A stretch of 64,000 bases of DNA, from the NCBI RefSeq assembly GCF_009914755.1, contig NC_060930.1. The stretch is one strand, 5' to 3'. A program made the position numbers and the translations under genes. Under the pieces are notes generated by a model. It was not told the DNA's origin and searched no databases. It saw only the letters and a program-made list of their open reading frames with translations. This document shows, piece after piece, positions 56,815-64,000 of this stretch (within the stretch, counting starts at the first letter, position 1; each line of letters starts with the position of its first letter). This stretch comes from the human T2T-CHM13v2.0 reference genome, Homo sapiens.

Positions 56815-57119
56815 ATAGCTCCATGCATTTTGTTGCCCCTGAATATCTTCCAGTGGGACAAAATGTGAAGATAGAAGACGGTGAAACTGATGATCCTGAC
56901 CCTGTGTAGGCCTAGGCTAATGGGTATGTGTATGCCTTCGCTTTTAACAAAAACACTTAAAAAATTTAAAAAGCTTATAGCATGAAGATATAAAGAAAGA
57001 AATGTTTTTGTGCTACTGTACTATATTATACTAACTATACTATTTGTTCTATTTTGTACTAATATTTTTGTACAATGCATTTGTGTTTTAAGCTAGATGT
57101 TATTTCAAAAGACTCAACA

Positions 57120-57436
<317 letters not shown>

Positions 57437-57999
57437 TTACAAAGTAAAAAATATTATTAGTTTATAAAGTAAAAAAGTTACAGTAAACTAAGATTAATTT
57501 ATTACTGAAGAAAAAAGTTTTAAATAAATTTACTGGAGCCTAATTCTACGGTGTTTATGAAGTCTATGGTAGTGTGCAGTAATATCCTAGGCCTTCACAT
57601 TGACTCACCACTCACTCATTGGCTCACCTGGAGCAACCCTCAGTCCTGCAAGCTCCATTCATACTAAGTGTCCTATACAAGAGTACCATTAAAAAACAAA
57701 CAAACAGACAAACAAAAAAAACCTTTTATACTGCATTTTTACTATCCCCTTTCTAAGTTTAGATAGGTTTAGATATGCAAATATTTACCATTATGTTACA
57801 ATTGCCTACAGTATTTGGTTCATTAGCATGCTGTACAGGTTTGTAGCTTAGGAGCTAGGCTATATGATATGGCCTAGGTGTGTATTAGGTTATACCATCA
57901 GGTTTGTGTAAGTACACTATTCCCACAGTAAAGAGAACAATCTAAGGATGCATTTCTCAGAATGTATCCCTGTCATTAAGCAATGCATGACTATATTCT

Positions 58000-59000
58000 C
58001 TCACATTTAAGAATATCTATTTGTGGTATTTATACTTGAGTGGAATCTTAGTGGAATACAATATTTTTGGATCACATTTCTTTTCCTTTAGAACTTGGTA
58101 GACATTGCTTTATCATCCTGTAACCCAGAATGTTACTCCAGAGAAGATTGAGTCCAGTCTGCTTTGCTCCCAAATATAAGAGGCTTATTATTTGTCTCTG
58201 GATGGCTAAATAATTTTTTCTTATTCTTAAATTCAGTAACAACAGAATATGACTTAGGAAAAATAGGGTTGAATATGTTTGTCTTGGAATATGATATGCA
58301 CTTTTGAGTTGCAGAGTGTCTTATTCTTGCATTACAGGATTATTTTTCTATTTTCTATTGGAATACTTTTTCTGAGTCATTTACTGGTTTTTCAATTCAG
58401 AGATACCTATTATCTTTATATAATGGCATATTTGTCACTTCTCTCTAGCTGTTATCTTCTCTCTATTTCTACTAATCTGTTCATCTTTTTCCGTTGATTT
58501 TACTGTGCTTATCTCAAGCCTTTTCTTTGTAGAGCAATTTATTTTTCAGCCATGTCCATTAAATTTCTTTCTGCATGTAATTTGTTTATAAGTTCTGTAA
58601 TGGTGTTATTTTAGTTTCAATTTGTTTCCTTATATTGTCAATTTCCATTTTTACATCATTCTGTATTGTTATCATCTTACATTTGAGCTTGTATTTTATT
58701 CATTTCATGTACTTAATAAGATTTTCTATAGCATGAATATTTCTCTGTGTTCTTTGTTGCTATAGAGTTCCTTTCATTCTTATTTTTTGTTCTGCTTACC
58801 TAGTTCTCATGTCATCCTTTTTTCATCTTGTTCATATTTTCAGTGAGCTCTGCATCTGAACTCTGTTTTTTGTTCTGGTATAGATTGAGTGAATTCCCCT
58901 TAGGTCCCTTCCCATATTAACTGAATGTGAGGGTATTTCTCTACAAGATGTAGCTTGAGAGCTTGTAATTGATTTATACTCACTTCTAAGTAGCCTGAGG
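58000..59000 (-). mobile_element. Old L1M ORF1-like fragment
   Basis: T-rich reverse L1-like sequence; boundaries approximate. Confidence 0.5.
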
Positions 59001-59316
59001 GTTTAGGTGTGTATGTCTTGGAAGATAGGCAGGAGTAGGGAGAGAGCTAAGCTAGGGCTAGGTACAACCAAGTATTTCAAATATTCTATATTCTTCTAGC
59101 TTTTTCTATTTGACCTGTTTTTTCTTCTTTTTCTTTTTTATTTTTGACCTTTTTTCTTATTGAAGTGTTTAACGTATCCTACTATAGTTCTGGATTTGTC
59201 AGTTTTTGTAATCCTATCAGTTTTCTCTGCCTAGTGCGATGTTATGTTTAAGTGCATACAAGTTAAAGATTATTTTATTGGCTTGGGGATTGTTCTGTAT
59301 TATTTTATAATGCACC

Positions 59317-59687
59317 TGAGATGGTTTGCTGTGTCCTCATCCAAATCTCACCTTGGATTGTAGTTCCCATAATCCCCACCTGTTGTGGGAGGGACCTGGT
59401 GGGAGGTAATTGAATCATGGGGCGGTTTCCCCCATGCTGCTGTTCTCATGATAGTGAGTTCTCAAGAGATCTGATGGTTTTATAAGGGGTTTTCCCTCTT
59501 TGCTGGGCGCTTCCTTCTGCTGCCGCCATGTGAAGAAGGATGTTTTTGCTTCCCCTCCCACCATAATTGTAAGTTTCCTGAGGCTTCCCCAGCTATGCAA
59601 AACTATGAGTCAATTAAACTTCTTTTCTTTATAAATTACCCAATCTTGGGTATGTCTTTATTAGTAGCATGAGAATGGACTAACACG
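59317..59687 (+). mobile_element. THE1C-like solo LTR
   Basis: tgagatggtttgctgtgtcc...gggaggtaattgaatcatgggg...gagaatggactaacac. Confidence 0.9.
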
Positions 59688-60169
59688 TCATCTTACTATA
59701 AATAATAAAATAGGTTTAATAAAAGAGGTTTAATAAAAACCTCTTAGTTTTTCAAAACTTTATGTTCAAAATTTTCTTTTGGTTTGGTGTTAGGTGTGCC
59801 TTTTATTAACCAGGATACAGCAGGATTTATGTTATTATTATCCCATCTCTGCCTTTTAATAGGTGAATTTTATCCACATTGACTCTGATACATTACACTT
59901 TTGGGCTTATTTGTACCATTTCCTTTTGTGCTATCTACTTACCTTTCACTTTGTTTGCTTTTTTGCTGTGTTCTGTTGGATTGACAAAGGATTCTGCATT
60001 TTTCTTTTTCTTCCTTTTTTTCAACTCCTCTACTTTCTCCTTCTTTTCCTCCAAATCATTCTATTCTTCCTCCTTCTTTTGATTCCTCTGGAGGTTTGAA
60101 AAATATCAAGATTATTTCTATTTCTATATTGGTAACCCTAAGATTATGCCTTATTTTTCTATTTCATGT

Positions 60170-61990
60170 ATAGCAAATACATACAGATGAGCACACTTAT
60201 ATGCAGAAATGTTGATTTTAATATATTTTCACAAAGTAAATACATCTGTGTGACTATAACTCAGATTAAGACATAGAACATTGCCAATACCCTGAATCGC
60301 CCTCAGTATCTCCCTTCTCTTCTTAAGGTTAACCATATCTGTCTTCTTTACCATAGATTAGCTTTGTCTGTTTTGAACTTTTCATAAATGGGATATGACA
60401 TGAACTCTGCATCTGGCTGCTATTGCTCATTCTTATGTTATTAGACTCATCTATGTTATTGATTATATTGATGATTAATTTACTTTTATTATTATGAAGT
60501 ATCCCATTGAACGAATGCACCACAATTTATTTATCCATTCTACTCTTGCTGGACATTTGGATTGTTTCTAGTGTTTGGGGATTACAAATAATGCTGTTTT
60601 AAACATTCTCTAATTTCATTTCATTCTTTGTACCTGCCTTTCATTGACATTTCATTTACAACTCTGTTGGGTATATACCTAGGAGTGAAATACTGGCATT
60701 ACTGGGTTGTAGGCTATGCTTATGTTTAGTTTTAGTAGTTACTGCCAAATAGTTTTCTGAAGAGGTTGTACCAATTTATATTCCCATGTGTAGTGCATAA
60801 AAGCTCCAGTTGCTGCATATCCTCAATATATGGTAATACCTGTTTCTCTAGATTTTACCTATTCTGATGAGTGTGTAGCTGCATGCACACAATTTTTAAT
60901 TCATTCATTACTAATGATTTTGAGCACTTTATATGGCTATCACCCATTTATGTATTGTATTTCATGTATTACCTGTTCAATATCCAAGTTTATTCCAATT
61001 TTTTAATGGATTGTCTGTCTTTTATATGGCTTCACAGAAACATTTAATATGTTTTGGATAATAATCTTTTGTCAGGTAAAAATATTGAAAGTATCTTTTC
61101 CAGTTGGTGGTCTTCTCTTCCACTATTTGTGTTAGTCTATTCTCATGCTGCTGTGAAGAAATACATGAGACTGGGCAATTTACAAAGAAAAGAGGTTTAA
61201 TTGATTCACAGTTCTGCATGGCTGGGGAGGACTCAGGAAACTTACAATCATGGCAGAAGGCATCTCTTCACAGGGTGACAGGAGAGAGAATGAGTGCAAG
61301 CAGGGGAAATGCCAGACACTTATAAAACCATCAGATCTCACGAGAACTCTCACTATCACAAGAACAGCATGGAGGAAACCACCCCCATGATCCAATGACT
61401 CCCTACCGGGTCCCTCCCATGATACATGGAGATTATGGGATCTCCAATTAAAGATGAGATTTGGGTGGGGACACAGCCAAACCATATGACTATTTTACTG
61501 GGGTTTTTGATGAACAGAGGTTCTTAATTTTAATTATGTCCCTTTAATCACTATTTTTCTTTAAAAAAATTTGCCCATCTTAAGGTCATAAAGATATTCT
61601 CTCTTATCTTCTTGATGTTTAATTGTTACTTTTCAGGTAGGCATATACCTCCAACCCTGAATTGATTTTTGTGTGTCATGTGAGGTAGGATGTCAAAATG
61701 TGTTTTTTCCTCATATAGATAACCAGTTGACCCAAAATCATTATTAAAAATACCATTCTTTTTTCATTTGCATTATGCTTTATCATGAAACAAATTGTCA
61801 CAAATGTTTCTATTCTTTTCCATATTTCTATTTGTCTATTTTTATGCTAATGCAAAACTGTCTTAAATATCATCACTTTGCAATACATCTTGATAACCCT
61901 TAGAGGGATTTTGTCCTTCTTCAAAATTGTCTTCTCTGGTCTTGGTCCTTTACATTTCCATATATAGATATATTCAATTGTTAATTTCCA
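60170..61990 (-). mobile_element. L1ME/MB-type 3' region interrupted by a THE1 LTR
   Basis: aagacatagaacattgcca, atttatccattctact..gctggacatttggattg, gggtatatacctaggagtg. Confidence 0.8.
61128..61489 (-). mobile_element. THE1 (C/D-like) solo LTR
   Basis: tgtgttagtc...ggtggggacacagccaaaccatatga; perfect 5 bp TSD ctatt. Confidence 0.92.
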
Positions 61991-62569
61991 ATAAAAATAT
62001 TTTTAAGCTTTTAACATACAAAGCTGTGAATTATATATTAATTATAACTATAATTTTAAAAATATCTGAAATTATCTAGTATTTTTATCCTACTCAGAAA
62101 CCCAAGAACCTAAACAGGAATATATTATAGATTGAGAATCTATTTTCCAGCACCTTGTTTGTGTTGCTAAGTTATTTGGATATAATATTCTAAATTTCCA
62201 GTTTCCCATCATTATATTGAATTTATTTCTCTATTGTTTCATGGCATCTATGGTTGCTAATGAGAAGCCCACTTGATTTATTGTTTAATTACCATTTCTT
62301 GTTGTAACCTGTTTTTCTCCTTGTAGCTGGTAAAAACATGTCCAAATTCTTGATGTATTCCAGTTTTACTTTGGTAAGTCTGGGTATGAATATATTTTTG
62401 TAGATCCTTCTTGGTTTTTATAGTTCATTTTCAATTTGAGGACATATTTTTCTTCAATTTTGGAAAACTCACAGCTCTTTTCTCTCCAAATATTACTTTC
62501 TTGTGACTTTTTCCTTCCTTAAAGAAAAATAGGCAGTCCTATTTGTCTTCAGACTATCCTATATAGTTT

Positions 62570-62822
62570 TAGGTGACCATACAACTATTGCCTAATAAAT
62601 TATATTTATATAATTATGTTTATATAACCAGAGCCCCATCTAGCCTCTGTTTTCAAACCTGGCTCCAGTCTGCTAACTTCCATGGAGCACCTTCACTTCT
62701 CCTTCCCTGATTCTCAGGGGAGATGCATTTGGGAGTTAAAAGAAGTGCCACTAATAATTATATCAGGACAACAGATGTAAATTGGAACTCTCCCAAGCAT
62801 ACTACCCTGTGTGATCTCTCTG
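62570..62822 (+). mobile_element. MER94-like hAT-Blackjack MITE interrupted by a templated insertion
   Basis: taggtgaccatac... then, after the insert, ...tttgggagttaaaagaagtgccactaataattatatcaggacaacagatgtaaattgga matches the recalled MER94 consensus. Confidence 0.65.
62631..62717 (+). repeat. 87 bp dispersed duplicate of 63537-63623
   Basis: Ungapped alignment by eye, 7 mismatches in 87 bp. Confidence 0.95.
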
Positions 62823-64000
62823 CTTAGCATTCTTCCATATTTTATTCTCTATGCTGTCTTCTGGGTAAATCCCTCAGTAATATTTTTCAGTTTATTGTTT
62901 TTCTTTTGTTGCCTCTGTTCCAAAGTTTACCCTATCTTTGAATTTTTTATTGCAATGAATAGATTTTTAACTCCCAAGATGTCTAATCATTCTGCTTTTT
63001 AATTTATTTGGCTTGTTTCATATCTGTCTGCTTTTCACATTTTATGTTTTTTTAAAAAAAGTGCATAGTTTTTTCCATTTTTCCCCTTAAGCATTCAAAG
63101 CATATTTATTCTTAAGTTTTGGCTAGATCAGTTTAATAAAATTTCACCTGGAATGAAATTATGTTCCAATTGTTGATTTTTGGCAGGATTACTTTCACAG
63201 CATTAGAATTCTCCCGCTTTGAAATTCCGTTTTGCAGCATCATGTTGAATGAAATTGCTCCCCTTCTTTCTCTTTCTTCAAATTTCTCTATCTAGCAGTT
63301 TTGCATTTCCTTCTCCCAAATTCCTGAACCCTACCTCCAAACCTAGTGCTGTATGACATTGCAGAACACCTGCCCTTGGTCTCAGCAGGCATATGATATC
63401 AGGCCCCAGGCCAGGTGCATTTAGCACCCTTCCTCAAGTGCAATGTGTGTTAGTTCTCTTGTTTCTGAAGTTCTCTGCAAAGCCATGGCCCCAGGGAATG
63501 GTTGGCTGCAGATTTTTAACCTCCTTTTACCAGAAGGAGCCTCATCTAGCCTCTGTTTTCAAATCTGGCTCCAGTATGCTAATTTCCATGGAACACCTTC
63601 AATTCTCCTTCCCTGGTTCTCAGCTGTCACTGCCTACTTCAGGACAAGAGCCCAGCATGGCTGTGGCCTCAGCTATGCTCAGTTCTGCATTTCTTTTCTA
63701 TTTCTGGTGCACAGGAATGCTTAATAGGCTTTGAACTCAGACATGTGTTTCGGGTGTTTTCTTTTATATTTTTATATGCTTTTTGCTGTGTTGTGTTAAT
63801 ACATTAAAGCATGAACTAACTGCTCTAATTTGACCAGAGTGCATAAAATGAACAAGTAAATTGTATTTATCATAAACTAAAACAGGTGATTGTAAAATAT
63901 CCCAATTTACTAAATTTGGAAGCCTTTTAGAGACAGATTTTCCTTGTACATGTCTCTAAATTACTTTCATAAATGTGCAATAGTGGTAGTACCAATGGAA

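Noticed and set aside
59317-61489. Two THE1 LTRs as the ends of one provirus
   Set aside because: They are in opposite orientations, the second has its own perfect TSD, and the DNA between them is old L1, not THE1 internal sequence.

Overview
AT-rich, CpG-depleted, repeat-dense primate (very likely human) genomic DNA, either intergenic or deep intronic. I can support no protein-coding gene: the ORF track is L1/Alu/LTR/DNA-transposon debris or chance ORFs. Most of the window is nested transposable elements: old L1M fragments, L1PA fragments, about 11 Alus (J, S and Y), MaLR and ERVL solo LTRs (MST, THE1, MLT1, MER21C, LTR41), DNA transposons (MER3, MER5, Charlie, Tigger3, Zaphod-like, MER94), MIR and L2. 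Subfamily names come from recalled consensus sequences and are approximate. The notable structures are: (1) a full-length U6 snRNA copy fused to a ~3.9 kb 5'-truncated L1PA15/16-like element (U6/L1 chimera, 9037-13088); (2) a ~415 bp inversion that split an Alu, left its target-site duplication in inverted orientation, and lies next to an oppositely oriented Alu (16496-16977); (3) an 87 bp locally templated insertion inside a MER94 (62631-62717, donor 63537-63623); (4) a self-complementary 30-31 bp minisatellite (24878-25009); (5) a perfect inverted repeat with 18 bp arms (46689-46726). I see no evidence of a new multi-gene system. The interest lies in retrotransposition and DNA-repair scars, plus a few unverified exon-like segments.
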